A stretch of 64,000 nt of DNA from Microthrixaceae bacterium. Its GTDB lineage: Bacteria; Actinomycetota; Acidimicrobiia; Acidimicrobiales; Microtrichaceae. The notes under the pieces were generated by a model. That model was given only the letters and a program-made list of their open reading frames with translations. It was not told where the DNA came from and ran no database searches. The position numbers were made by a program, and so were the translations under genes. Numbering within the stretch: the stretch's first letter is position 1; each line of letters opens with the position of its first letter. The stretch is taken from the NCBI GenBank assembly GCA_020845705.1, contig JADLFH010000076.1, forward strand, positions 32,277 through 96,276, in the 5' to 3' direction. Positions 54,213 to 63,172 of this stretch are shown one piece after another.

Positions 54213-55159
54213 CGGGGCTCTCCTGCACCGCTCTCACGCCTGACCGGCGAGCCCGATCGGTACTGCTGCGCATCGCGGGTGACCTCGAGGAAGGCCTCTT
54301 CGAGCGAGGCCTGCTTGGGTGAGAGCTCGTGGAGCACTATGCCGTTCTCCGCTGCCAGCTCACCGATCGTCGCCGCCTCGATACCCGAAGCCGAGAATGC
54401 GCCTTCACCCATCGACACCCGCGCTCCCCTGGCCTCGACGAGTTGCGCCAACTCGGCCACCTGGGGACTGCGCACCTCCACCCACGAGCCGGCGGCGTCA
54501 CGCACGAAGTCCTCGACCCGGCCCTGGGATATGAGCCGACCTCGACCGATCACCACGAGGTCCTGGGCCGTCAGCGCCATCTCCGCCAGCATGTGACTCG
54601 AGACCAACACCGTCCGGCCCTCACCGGCGAGGGTCCGCATGAAGTTCCGAACCCACAAGATCCCTTCGGGGTCCAACCCGTTGACGGGCTCGTCGAACAG
54701 CAACGTGTGGGGATCGCCGAGCATCGCGGCAGCAAGCCCTAGGCGCTGGTTCATACCCAGAGAGAACCCGCCCACCCGCTTGGTGGCGACCTCCTCGAGT
54801 CCGACGAGACCGAGCATCTCGTCCACCCGCGGATAGGGGATCCCGTTGGTGAGCGCCATCGCCCGCAAGTGGTTGCGAGCAGTGCGGGTCGGATGCACGT
54901 ACTTCGCGTCCAACAGCGCCCCCACCTCACGCAACGGATGCCGAAGCTCACGGTATCGTCTGCCGTCGAAGGTGGCCGATCCGCGATCTGCACGGTCGAG
55001 CTGAAGCATCATCCGCATCGTGGTCGACTTGCCTGAGCCGTTCGGGCCGAGGAAGCCGGTGACCCGTCCCTCGTGCACCTCGAACGAGAGGCGGTCCACT
55101 GCAATCGTGGATCCGAAGCGTTTCGTCAGGTCATGCGCGACAAGCACGACGGCGCACAC
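54209..55159 (-). CDS. ABC transporter ATP-binding protein
   Basis: Walker A 'GPNGSGKST', signature 'FSLGMNQRL' and Walker B 'LLFDEP'. Confidence 0.9.
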   Translation of the reverse strand: MCAVVLVAHDLTKRFGSTIAVDRLSFEVHEGRVTGFLGPNGSGKSTTMRMMLQLDRADRGSATFDGRRYRELRHPLREVGALLDAKYVHPTRTARNHLRAMALTNGIPYPRVDEMLGLVGLEEVATKRVGGFSLGMNQRLGLAAAMLGDPHTLLFDEPVNGLDPEGILWVRNFMRTLAGEGRTVLVSSHMLAEMALTAQDLVVIGRGRLISQGRVEDFVRDAAGSWVEVRSPQVAELAQLVEARGARVSMGEGAFSASGIEAATIGELAAENGIVLHELSPKQASLEEAFLEVTRDAQQYRSGSPVRRESGAGEPR

Positions 55160-55207
55160 TATCGAAGCGGTCGCGGGAAGCGCTTGACGCCGCCAGGTGG
55201 CGGCGGC

Positions 55208-55882
55208 TTACTGCGCCGCCTCGCGGGGTGCAGCCAGGAAGTCGTAGGCCGACTGGAGGTTGAGCGACGCGGTCGGCTCGGTGGCGGACACCTGCAACTC
55301 GATCTCCACCAGATTCGCGTAATCCTGCGGATAGAGGCCGTAGCCCACCGAACTCAACTTCGCCGAAGTGGGCGAACCCTCGTAGGCGCCAATTCCGACC
55401 ACGTCCTGGTTGCACGTGCCGGTGGTGCGGAATGCGCCGATAGCGAGGGGGAGCGGGCCGAGTGCAACCATCACCACACCCGCTTGTCCGGCGCCGAGAT
55501 CCGACTTGCCGTAGACGACTCCGATGTTGCCCGCCTCGTCCTTGATGATGTTCATCTCACCTCCGGCCACCGAACCGGAAACGTTGCAGGATGCAGCGGT
55601 CTGTTCCCTGAACGACGCACCCAGGCTGAGCTGACCCGCTGTTACGTGCTCGCCGGGACGGTCGACCTGGGGAATGGTGGTGCTGGTGGGCGCAGGTGAC
55701 ACCTCTACCGTGGTGGTCGGCGCCTCGGGCAGCGTCGTTGTGGTGGTGGTCGGCTCGGCCACCGTGGTCGTCGGCTCGGCCACCGTGGTGGTCGACTCCC
55801 CCGTTTGGGACGCCGCCGGCGCGGCCGACAGCGCGACCGCGGAAACCACCACAGACACGACTGCTACCAGACGCTTCATCAC
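55208..55882 (-). CDS. secreted hypothetical protein with Thr-rich repeat linker
   Basis: Signal peptide 'MMKRLVAVVSVVVSAVALSAAPAASQ' and 'TTTVAEPTTTVAEPTTTTTT'. It lies upstream of the ABC-2 exporter genes. Confidence 0.65.
   Translation of the reverse strand: MMKRLVAVVSVVVSAVALSAAPAASQTGESTTTVAEPTTTVAEPTTTTTTLPEAPTTTVEVSPAPTSTTIPQVDRPGEHVTAGQLSLGASFREQTAASCNVSGSVAGGEMNIIKDEAGNIGVVYGKSDLGAGQAGVVMVALGPLPLAIGAFRTTGTCNQDVVGIGAYEGSPTSAKLSSVGYGLYPQDYANLVEIELQVSATEPTASLNLQSAYDFLAAPREAAQ
55749..55795. repeat. 21-bp in-frame tandem repeat (about 2.2 copies) encoding TTTVAEP units
   Basis: GTCGGCTCGGCCACCGTGGT(C/G) occurs twice plus a partial copy, inside the secreted-protein gene 55208..55882. Confidence 0.85.
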
Positions 55883-56010
55883 GATCAGTCCTTCCGCTGC
55901 CCCCCAGGAAGCAGCAACGCCTTCAAAGATAGCGCTGGACCCCGACAGTTCTCAACGCGCTACGAACACCTTCTCTCCTACGCTGCCGCAGCCCGCCGAC
56001 AACACCCGAG

Positions 56011-57282
56011 GTGACCGACATGGAACAAGACCTCCTTACGCTCGCCGAGAGACTCCTCGACGGATCGGCATCGATCGAAGATCATCATCCGCTCAACCTC
56101 CGGGGTGCTTCGGTGATCCAAGAGGTGGCACCTCGGGTGGCTTTCGTGGAAGCGTTCGCCAACGTCGTCGCCATCGACACCGACGAAGGCCTCGTCCTCG
56201 TCGATGCCGCAGGTCCGCTACATGCCCAGTCCGCCCACGACGCAGTCCGCGAGTGGTCGGCTCGGCCGCTGCACACCGCGGTCTTCACCCACGGACACGT
56301 CGACCACATCTACGCCGTTCGCATCTTCGAGTCCGAACCGGGAGCGAACCCCGCACATGTGGTAGCCCACGAGGCACTTCCGGATCGCTTTCGACGATAC
56401 GAATCCACCAACGGCTACAACGCGATCATCAACCAGCGACAGTTCCAACTCCCCCAACCGATCTTCCCCGGCAACTACCGCTACCCGGATGAGCTCTATC
56501 GGGACCGCTTGGACTTGGACATCGGTGGCGTCGAGCTCACCCTTCGCCACGACAGGGGCGAGACCGACGATGGAACCTGGGTATGGCTGGCCGATCGAAA
56601 GGTGCTGTGCACCGGTGACCTGTTCATCTGGGCTTCGCCCAACTGCGGCAACCCGCAGAAGGTCCAGCGCTACCCAGCTGAATGGGCGGCCGCGTTGCGC
56701 TCGATGGTGGCGTTGGGACCCGAACTGCTACTGCCTGGCCACGGACTTCCCATCGCCGGCAGGGACCGGATTGCGACCGTGCTGGCCGAGACGGCCGAAC
56801 TCCTCGAATCCCTGGTGGACCAGACGCTCGAACTGATGAACGCCGGCGCGCGCCTCGACGAGATCGTCCATGCCGTCACGGCGCCGCCGCACTTGTTGGA
56901 CAGGCCATGGCTCCAACCCGTCTACGACGAACCGGAGTTCGTCGTCCACAACCTCTGGAGGCTCTATGGCGGCTGGTACGACGGCGACCCTTCCCACCTG
57001 AAGCCTTCGCCCGCGAATGCGTTGGCGGGCGAACTTGCGATGCTCGCAGGAGGAGCCACCGCCCTCGCCTCGCACGCCGAGGCCCTCTCCGATCGCGGCG
57101 AGCACCGACTCGCCGGACACCTGGCCGAACTCGCAGTCCAGGCCGACCCCGACGATCCGGGCCTGCACAGGGTCCGAGCGCTCGTGTTCAGCCGACGCGC
57201 GGACCTCGAGCGCTCGACGATGGCGAAGGGCGTCTTCCGCTGGGCGGCGACTGAATCACATTCAGTCGCCCACTCCGCGTAA
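56011..57282 (+). CDS. MBL-fold alkyl/aryl-sulfatase-like hydrolase (SdsA1/BDS1 type, no SCP2 tail)
   Basis: 'FTHGHVDHI' (HxHxDH), 'GETDDGTWVWL' and the dimerisation-domain-like 'VHNLWRLYGGWYDGDPSHL'. Start at GTG 56011 or ATG 56020. Confidence 0.85.
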   Translation: MTDMEQDLLTLAERLLDGSASIEDHHPLNLRGASVIQEVAPRVAFVEAFANVVAIDTDEGLVLVDAAGPLHAQSAHDAVREWSARPLHTAVFTHGHVDHIYAVRIFESEPGANPAHVVAHEALPDRFRRYESTNGYNAIINQRQFQLPQPIFPGNYRYPDELYRDRLDLDIGGVELTLRHDRGETDDGTWVWLADRKVLCTGDLFIWASPNCGNPQKVQRYPAEWAAALRSMVALGPELLLPGHGLPIAGRDRIATVLAETAELLESLVDQTLELMNAGARLDEIVHAVTAPPHLLDRPWLQPVYDEPEFVVHNLWRLYGGWYDGDPSHLKPSPANALAGELAMLAGGATALASHAEALSDRGEHRLAGHLAELAVQADPDDPGLHRVRALVFSRRADLERSTMAKGVFRWAATESHSVAHSA

Positions 57283-57370
57283 CATCGCCGGCCTTCCACC
57301 CCGGGAGAGGGTGAGGTGGGCCTCGGGGACTCGTCCCCAGTCCATTTCGGGTTGAAAGAGAGTAGAAGTC

Positions 57371-57649
57371 GTGCTCGAGAAGCGAGTCCGGCGGTGGGTT
57401 AGGCGCTGGAAGCGGCCCATCTCCCCTATCGAATTGGACAACGAGATGATCACCAAGCGCGTCGAGCTGTTCGACATCGAATCCCACACGATCGATCTGA
57501 CCGATCCGCCGCTCTTCACCGTCCGACCGATGCCGTTCTCAGTGGAGGACCGGCCGCCGTTGTTCGGAGTTGACCCCTCCGCCGCCCCGCAGGTGGTCTT
57601 CGAGCCCCAGGCGCTCGAAGTCGGAACCGACGACACCCCCCGGGACTGA
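57371..57649 (+). CDS. small hypothetical protein
   Basis: GTG 57371 follows AAAGAGAG. 92 aa with clear GC3 bias. No recognisable family. Confidence 0.4.
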   Translation: MLEKRVRRWVRRWKRPISPIELDNEMITKRVELFDIESHTIDLTDPPLFTVRPMPFSVEDRPPLFGVDPSAAPQVVFEPQALEVGTDDTPRD

Positions 57650-57684
57650 TCGCCTCATCGCCCAGATCCTGGCAGGCTCTGGGC

Positions 57685-58476
57685 GTGCCGATCACCGATC
57701 ACTTCCTCGTCACAGACCGCGTAGCCATCGTCACGGGCGCAGGGCGAGGAATCGGCAGGGCAACAGCCTTGGCGCTGGCCGAGGCGGGGGCAGATCTTGT
57801 CGTGTCGGCTCGAACTGCCCAGGATCTCGACGCGGTAGCCGACGCCGCAGGTCACTTCGGTCGGCGAGTCGTGGCGGTGGTTGCCGACGCAAACGACCTC
57901 GACACTCTTCCCCTGCTGGTTGAGCGCGCCATCGACGAACTCGATGGCCTCGACATCGTCGTGAACAACGTGGGCGGGTCCTACCCGAGGCCGTTGTTGG
58001 ACACCTCGGCGCGGATGTTCGAGCAGGCATTCCACTTCAATGTGACCACTGCGCTCACCTTGTCGAAGGCGGCGATCCCCCCGATGCTCGAACGCGGTGG
58101 TGGCTCCATCGTCAACATCGGCTCCGCGATGGGACGGCTGGCCGACCGTGGCTACGCCGCGTACGGCACTGCGAAGGCGGCGCTGGCGCACCTCACTCGT
58201 CTCATGGCCGCGGACGGTGCCCCCCGAATCCGGGTCAATGGCATCGCTGTGGGTTCGACGGCTACGAGCGCGCTGGAGTCGGTCTTGACCGATGAGAACA
58301 TCCGCGTCTCGATGGAGCAGGGCACTCCACTCGGCCGACTGGGCCGCCCGCTCGACATCGCGCTCGGCGTCCTCTACCTCTGCTCGCCTGCCGGCGAATA
58401 CATCACGGGCAAGATGTTGGAGATCGACGGGGGTATCGAGGCACCCAACCTGGCACTGGGTCTGCCCGATCTCTAG
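57685..58476 (+). CDS. SDR family oxidoreductase (FabG-like)
   Basis: 'VAIVTGAGRGIGRATALALAEAG', 'NNVG' and 'YGTAKAAL'. Confidence 0.9.
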   Translation: MPITDHFLVTDRVAIVTGAGRGIGRATALALAEAGADLVVSARTAQDLDAVADAAGHFGRRVVAVVADANDLDTLPLLVERAIDELDGLDIVVNNVGGSYPRPLLDTSARMFEQAFHFNVTTALTLSKAAIPPMLERGGGSIVNIGSAMGRLADRGYAAYGTAKAALAHLTRLMAADGAPRIRVNGIAVGSTATSALESVLTDENIRVSMEQGTPLGRLGRPLDIALGVLYLCSPAGEYITGKMLEIDGGIEAPNLALGLPDL

Positions 58477-58494
58477 CGGCGCGTCCGACGTGGC

Positions 58495-59349
58495 TCAGTC
58501 GACCGTGGTGGTTGTCAGTTGGTCGTTCACCTCGGCGTTCAGCTTCGATTCGGCGATCTTGCGATCTGCCTCCTCCCGTTGCCGCTGAGCGTCGAGACCG
58601 GCCAGCAGTGGCTCACGCAGCTCCTCTCGCCGAGCTGCGGTCACGCACTTCCGGACAGCGGCCTCAGGATCTCGGATCTCCCGAGTGAGCTTCCCGGCAA
58701 GACCGTCGCGGAACTGATCGTCGGTGAGGTGATCGAGGCTGGCTTCGACGTAGCACTCCGCCTCTCCCTCTGTGAGATCCACACCTACCGCCTGCTTCAA
58801 CGAGGACTTACGGACCACGGTACGCGCCAAGGCAATATCGAGATCCGGCGCGATCTCATCTGCCTTCCGGCGATCGTTTGAGGCCTGTGTCAGACAAGTA
58901 GCGCTGTCTTCACGCACCTCAGGGGGAAGGTCCAACACGGTGATCTTCGTCCACTTCTGAATCGCCGCGACGGTGAGCTTCGCGAACTTCTCCGAACCGA
59001 ACACCGGAACCACCTTGTCCAGGTAGCAGTCGATCTCGCTCCGTCCGACACCACGAATTCCCAGGATCGTGGTGAGCAGAGCCGAGTTGTCCTCGATGGA
59101 GCCGAGGCTCACCCGACTCGGACCGACGCGATCGATGGCCTGGCTGATCACCAACTCGCTCGTCGCCGAACTCGAGTCGGACGCAGTCTTCTTCTGAGCC
59201 GGCTCGCCATCGGAGCATCCCACCAACAACACGGCGCAAAGCGCCGTGACCTTCGTGAGGGTCCAGGAGGTTCGACGATCGTCGCACTGCACGGGAGCAA
59301 GGGTACGGGCCCCGAGGGGTTCCCCGTTCGTACTTGACCAGGTGGTCAA
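58495..59349 (-). CDS. hypothetical lipoprotein
   Basis: Lipobox 'AVLLVGCS' followed by a helical Asp/Glu-rich body. The start may be downstream of 59349. Confidence 0.6.
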   Translation of the reverse strand: MTTWSSTNGEPLGARTLAPVQCDDRRTSWTLTKVTALCAVLLVGCSDGEPAQKKTASDSSSATSELVISQAIDRVGPSRVSLGSIEDNSALLTTILGIRGVGRSEIDCYLDKVVPVFGSEKFAKLTVAAIQKWTKITVLDLPPEVREDSATCLTQASNDRRKADEIAPDLDIALARTVVRKSSLKQAVGVDLTEGEAECYVEASLDHLTDDQFRDGLAGKLTREIRDPEAAVRKCVTAARREELREPLLAGLDAQRQREEADRKIAESKLNAEVNDQLTTTTVD

Positions 59350-59363
59350 GTACGATCCTCGGC

Positions 59364-60599
59364 ATGTACGAGTGGTCCGACGAACACAAGATGCTCCAGA
59401 CAGTCGTCCGCGACTTCGTGGAGCGGGAGATCAAGCCGAAGGTCGAGGAACTCGAGCACGGCGATCTACCCCCCTACGACATCCTCCGCAAGATGTTCAC
59501 CACGTTCGGTATGGACGCCATGGCACGGGCCACCTTCGCAAAACGAATAGAGAAGGAGAAGGCCGCCCTGGCCGAAGGCGCACAGCCGACGCCGGTCACC
59601 GAGGATGTCGAGAGCATCGCCGGAATGGACGCCGGCTTCACGCTCATCCCGATCGTCGAGATGTGTCGGTACTGCCCGGGCATGGTCACCGCCATGGGGG
59701 TGTCGATGGGACTCACCTCCGCTGCGATCATGTCAAAGGGCACGATCGCCCAGAAGGAACGCTGGGCGCTTGACCTCTTGACTCTCGACAAGATCGGCGC
59801 TTGGGCGATCACCGAGCCGGGCTCCGGCTCCGACGCGTTCGGTTCGATGCGCTCAACTGCGCGTCGCGATGGCGACGAGTACGTGCTGAACGGCTCGAAG
59901 ACCTTCATCACCAACGGCCCCTACGCCGACACGATCGTCTTCATCTGCAAGCTCGACGAGGGCAACGACCCGAAGGACCGCAAAGTGTTGTCCTTCGTCC
60001 TCGACTCGGGGATGGCCGGCCTCGAGCAGTCCAAGCCACTGCGGAAGATGGGCATGCACTCCTCGCCCACCGGCGAGCTGTTCCTCACCGATGTCCGCGT
60101 GGGTCGCGATCGACTCATCGGAGAGACCGAGGACGTGTCCTCCGGCGGGCGTGAAGGCGCCAAGGCAACCTTCATGATGGAGCGCTCGGGTGTTGCAGCG
60201 ATGGCCCTGGGCATCATCGAACAGTGCCTCATGCTCTGTGTCGACTATGCCAAGAACCGTGAGCAGTTCGGCCAGCCCATCGGCGAGTTCCAGCTGATCC
60301 AGCTGAAGCTCGCGAAGATGGAGGTCGCCCGGATGAACTGTCAGAACCTCGTGTTCCGGACCATTGAGATGTCGAAGGCCGGGCGGTCGATGACCCTTGC
60401 CGAGGCATCGGCCATGAAGCTGTACTCGGCCGGCGCCGCCGTCGAGTGTGCGCTCGAGGCGGTGCAGCTCTTTGGAGGCAACGGCTACATGGCCGAGTTC
60501 CAAGTGGAACAGCTCGCACGCGACGCCAAGGTTCTCCAGATCTACGGGGGCACCGACGAGATCCAAACCTCACAGATAGCGCGATCCCTCCTGGCGTGA
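59364..60599 (+). CDS. acyl-CoA dehydrogenase
   Basis: 'MYEWSDEHKMLQTVVRDFVEREI', 'ITEPGSGSD', 'KTFITNG' and 'GGNGYMAEFQVEQLARDAKVLQIYGGTDEIQ'. Confidence 0.92.
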   Translation: MYEWSDEHKMLQTVVRDFVEREIKPKVEELEHGDLPPYDILRKMFTTFGMDAMARATFAKRIEKEKAALAEGAQPTPVTEDVESIAGMDAGFTLIPIVEMCRYCPGMVTAMGVSMGLTSAAIMSKGTIAQKERWALDLLTLDKIGAWAITEPGSGSDAFGSMRSTARRDGDEYVLNGSKTFITNGPYADTIVFICKLDEGNDPKDRKVLSFVLDSGMAGLEQSKPLRKMGMHSSPTGELFLTDVRVGRDRLIGETEDVSSGGREGAKATFMMERSGVAAMALGIIEQCLMLCVDYAKNREQFGQPIGEFQLIQLKLAKMEVARMNCQNLVFRTIEMSKAGRSMTLAEASAMKLYSAGAAVECALEAVQLFGGNGYMAEFQVEQLARDAKVLQIYGGTDEIQTSQIARSLLA

Positions 60600-60747
60600 G
60601 CCTGCTACGCCTCCGGCACGCCCTACGGGCTACATCGGCTACGCAACTCCCGCGATCCCTCCCGGCGTGAGCCTGCTACGCCTCCGGCACGCCCTACGGG
60701 CTACATCGGCTACGCAACTCCCGCGATCCCTCCTGGCGTGAGCCTGC
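60580..60747 (+). repeat. 71-bp tandem repeat, 2 full copies plus a 26-nt partial third
   Basis: Copies start at 60580, 60651 and 60722. Copies 1 and 2 differ at one base (T/C at unit position 13). Unit 1 contains the last 5 codons and the TGA of the acyl-CoA dehydrogenase gene. Confidence 0.9.
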
Positions 60748-60763
60748 GTACTCTGAGCTGCGC

Positions 60764-61984
60764 ATGAACTCAGAGCGAAGGGTCTACCTCGACCGTTTCG
60801 GCAGCATCACCCTGCGAGTCGGCCGAACGCCGATCGCACTCAACTGGACCTTCCTCATCCTGGTCGCGTTCTACACACTCGTGTTGGGTCGCCCCTGGGG
60901 CTACGGCTTGATGTTCGCCGGCGTGGCATTCGTCGGGATCCTCTGGCACGAAACCGGACACGCCGTCGCCTTCCGCCTCGTGGGCCGTTCGTCGCGGATC
61001 GTCATCCACGGGATCGGCGGTGTCACCATCAGCGAGGACCCAGACGAGCTCCGCGACGCCGAGGCCGCCGGGGTCGCGCTCGCAGGACCCCTTGTGGGTA
61101 TCGCGGTGGGCCTCGTCGCGCTCTGGCTCCAGATCCACGACGTGGGCGCGCATGCTCTGTGGAGCCGGGTTCTCCTCGACGACGTGATTTTCGTGAACCT
61201 CGGTTGGGGGTTGCTGAACCTCCTGCCAGTGATCCCCCTCGATGGTGGACAGGTGCTCGAACGGCTCACCGGTCTGCTCCTGCCCAGTTGGCGTCACATC
61301 GTTCCCTACGTCGTAGGCATCGCTGTCTCGCTCGCGGGCCTCGGCCTGGCCTGGGCCGAGGGCTACCCCATCGCCGTCCTGTTGGCAGGAGCCTTCGCGC
61401 TCCTCAACCTGCGGTGGATGTCGGGCCAACGCCGCGCCCGACGCACCGAACGAGCAGATGCCGAAGCGGCTGATCTCCTCGACCGCGCCGCGCCGCTCCA
61501 ACATGTTTCCCAGGGCGACCTGCTCGCGGTCCTCGGAACACCACTGAGCCCCGCGATGGACGCCGCGGTCGCGCACGCCCTCGCCTGGCGCTCAGCGCTC
61601 CAGATGGGGCCCGGCGATCAGCAGGTGCTCGCAGGCATGTGCCATCGCATCGCCGGCAGGTACGACACGGGGCTGCTCGCCGCGGTCGATGCACACGCTC
61701 GCGCCGACCACCACGGCTGCATCGCCCTGTTGGCCCGCGGCTTCGCGACCGAATCCACACCACCCCCGTCGTGGCTCGTCACCCGCCTGCTCCCCGGCTA
61801 CGACGAGGTGGAGGAACTCGCCGAGTTGATCGACCATCTCGCACTAGGCGAACGCCACCAGGGACTCAGCAGGCTGATCACCACCCTGGAGCGCGAAGGT
61901 CGAACGGCGGAGGCGGTCGGGGTTCGCTCCAGGCTGGCGGTGCCCGTGGCCGACGACACCTTCGCATGGGCACCCGCCCGCTGA
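60764..61984 (+). CDS. site-2 protease family (M50) membrane metalloprotease
   Basis: 'WHETGHAVAF' (HExxH) and 'LLNLLPVIPLDGGQV' (NxxPxxxLDG). Confidence 0.85.
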   Translation: MNSERRVYLDRFGSITLRVGRTPIALNWTFLILVAFYTLVLGRPWGYGLMFAGVAFVGILWHETGHAVAFRLVGRSSRIVIHGIGGVTISEDPDELRDAEAAGVALAGPLVGIAVGLVALWLQIHDVGAHALWSRVLLDDVIFVNLGWGLLNLLPVIPLDGGQVLERLTGLLLPSWRHIVPYVVGIAVSLAGLGLAWAEGYPIAVLLAGAFALLNLRWMSGQRRARRTERADAEAADLLDRAAPLQHVSQGDLLAVLGTPLSPAMDAAVAHALAWRSALQMGPGDQQVLAGMCHRIAGRYDTGLLAAVDAHARADHHGCIALLARGFATESTPPPSWLVTRLLPGYDEVEELAELIDHLALGERHQGLSRLITTLEREGRTAEAVGVRSRLAVPVADDTFAWAPAR

Positions 61985-62007
61985 TCTGGAAGTCCCTCAC
62001 CCACCGT

Positions 62008-63162
62008 TCACCCGTGGAACAAGCCCAGCGATGCCTCGGTGGTCTCGATGGGCGCGCCGAACACGGCCGCCGCCACCTCGGACTGGAACACCCGCAGGTC
62101 GTTGACCGCCCTTATGTCACCGTCGTCCAGATCCCCCAGCCCCGGCCAGTCGCCCCGAAGGCCGCCGGCCACCCCGCCACCGATCACGATCGCCACGCAC
62201 CCGCGACCGTGATCCGTGCCGCCGGAGGCGTTCTCAGCCACTCGCCTACCGAACTCGGTCATCACCGTGACGACCAGGCCGTCGGCGTCATCGAAATGGC
62301 GGTCGATGAGACCGCCCACGCCCGCATCGAGCGAGGAAACCAACTCGGCGAACTGCCCGTCCAATGTGCCCTGGGCAGTGTGGGTGTCCCAACCGCCAAG
62401 GTCGACCTGTACAACTTCGGTGCCCACCGAGGCTCCCAGCAGCTCGGACGCGGCAGCGAATATGGCTGCGCTTTCGCCTGAGCCGAATGACGAGGGGTCA
62501 CCCACCTCGATCGGCGAACGCGCCATCAGGTCCAACACCCCCACCGCAGCGCCCACCCCGACGGCCGCGCCCTCGGGAAGCAGATCAGCCCTCGACCACT
62601 CCTCGACCAGCCTGGATCCCGCAGGAACGAGCAGGCTGTCGACCACCGTGTAGCCTCCTCCTGCTCCTCCACCACCTGCTCTCCGCCGTTTCGGACGGAG
62701 AGCACCGAGGCGCAACGCGGACGGGTCGGGTACCCCCAGCGCATCGGCGGTACCCCACAGCGACGGAGGCACCGACACCGTCCCGACAGCGACACCCCGA
62801 AACGGCGAAGGCACCGAGTCGGCGGCAGCCGCAAGACGACTCCCCAACCAACCGGATCCCGATACTGGCTTCCCGTCGGAATCCACCGCCGCCTCCAACA
62901 ACGCCTGGGCTTGGAAGTGGCTCCGCGACTGGCCCTCGTAGCCCGCGGCAGGGAGGATCGCAGCCCTCCCTCCTCGAAGCAGCTCTGCGAGCCGAACCGC
63001 CTTCGGATGCAGGGCGAACCCGTCGATGCCCACGTCGAGTCCCTCACCCTCGCCCACCGCGAGCGTCGGCCGGGCCGCGTGATATGCGGGATCGGCAATC
63101 GGAGCGAACAGACTCAGCCCGTCGGCTCCACCCCGCAGGAAGATGTTCACCAGCTTCGCCAC
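62008..63162 (-). CDS. DUF1501 domain-containing protein (sulfatase-like fold)
   Basis: 'FLRGGADGLSLF' and 'TEFGRRVAENASGGTDHGRG'. GTG 63162 is preceded by GAGGAGGAG. Confidence 0.85.
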   Translation of the reverse strand: MAKLVNIFLRGGADGLSLFAPIADPAYHAARPTLAVGEGEGLDVGIDGFALHPKAVRLAELLRGGRAAILPAAGYEGQSRSHFQAQALLEAAVDSDGKPVSGSGWLGSRLAAAADSVPSPFRGVAVGTVSVPPSLWGTADALGVPDPSALRLGALRPKRRRAGGGGAGGGYTVVDSLLVPAGSRLVEEWSRADLLPEGAAVGVGAAVGVLDLMARSPIEVGDPSSFGSGESAAIFAAASELLGASVGTEVVQVDLGGWDTHTAQGTLDGQFAELVSSLDAGVGGLIDRHFDDADGLVVTVMTEFGRRVAENASGGTDHGRGCVAIVIGGGVAGGLRGDWPGLGDLDDGDIRAVNDLRVFQSEVAAAVFGAPIETTEASLGLFHG

Positions 63163-63172
63163 GCGCTCCTCC

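Noticed and set aside
60580-60747. The 71-bp repeat considered as a CRISPR array.
   Set aside because: The units are directly abutting with no unique spacers, and there are no cas genes in the window. It is a tandem duplication or VNTR, not a CRISPR array.
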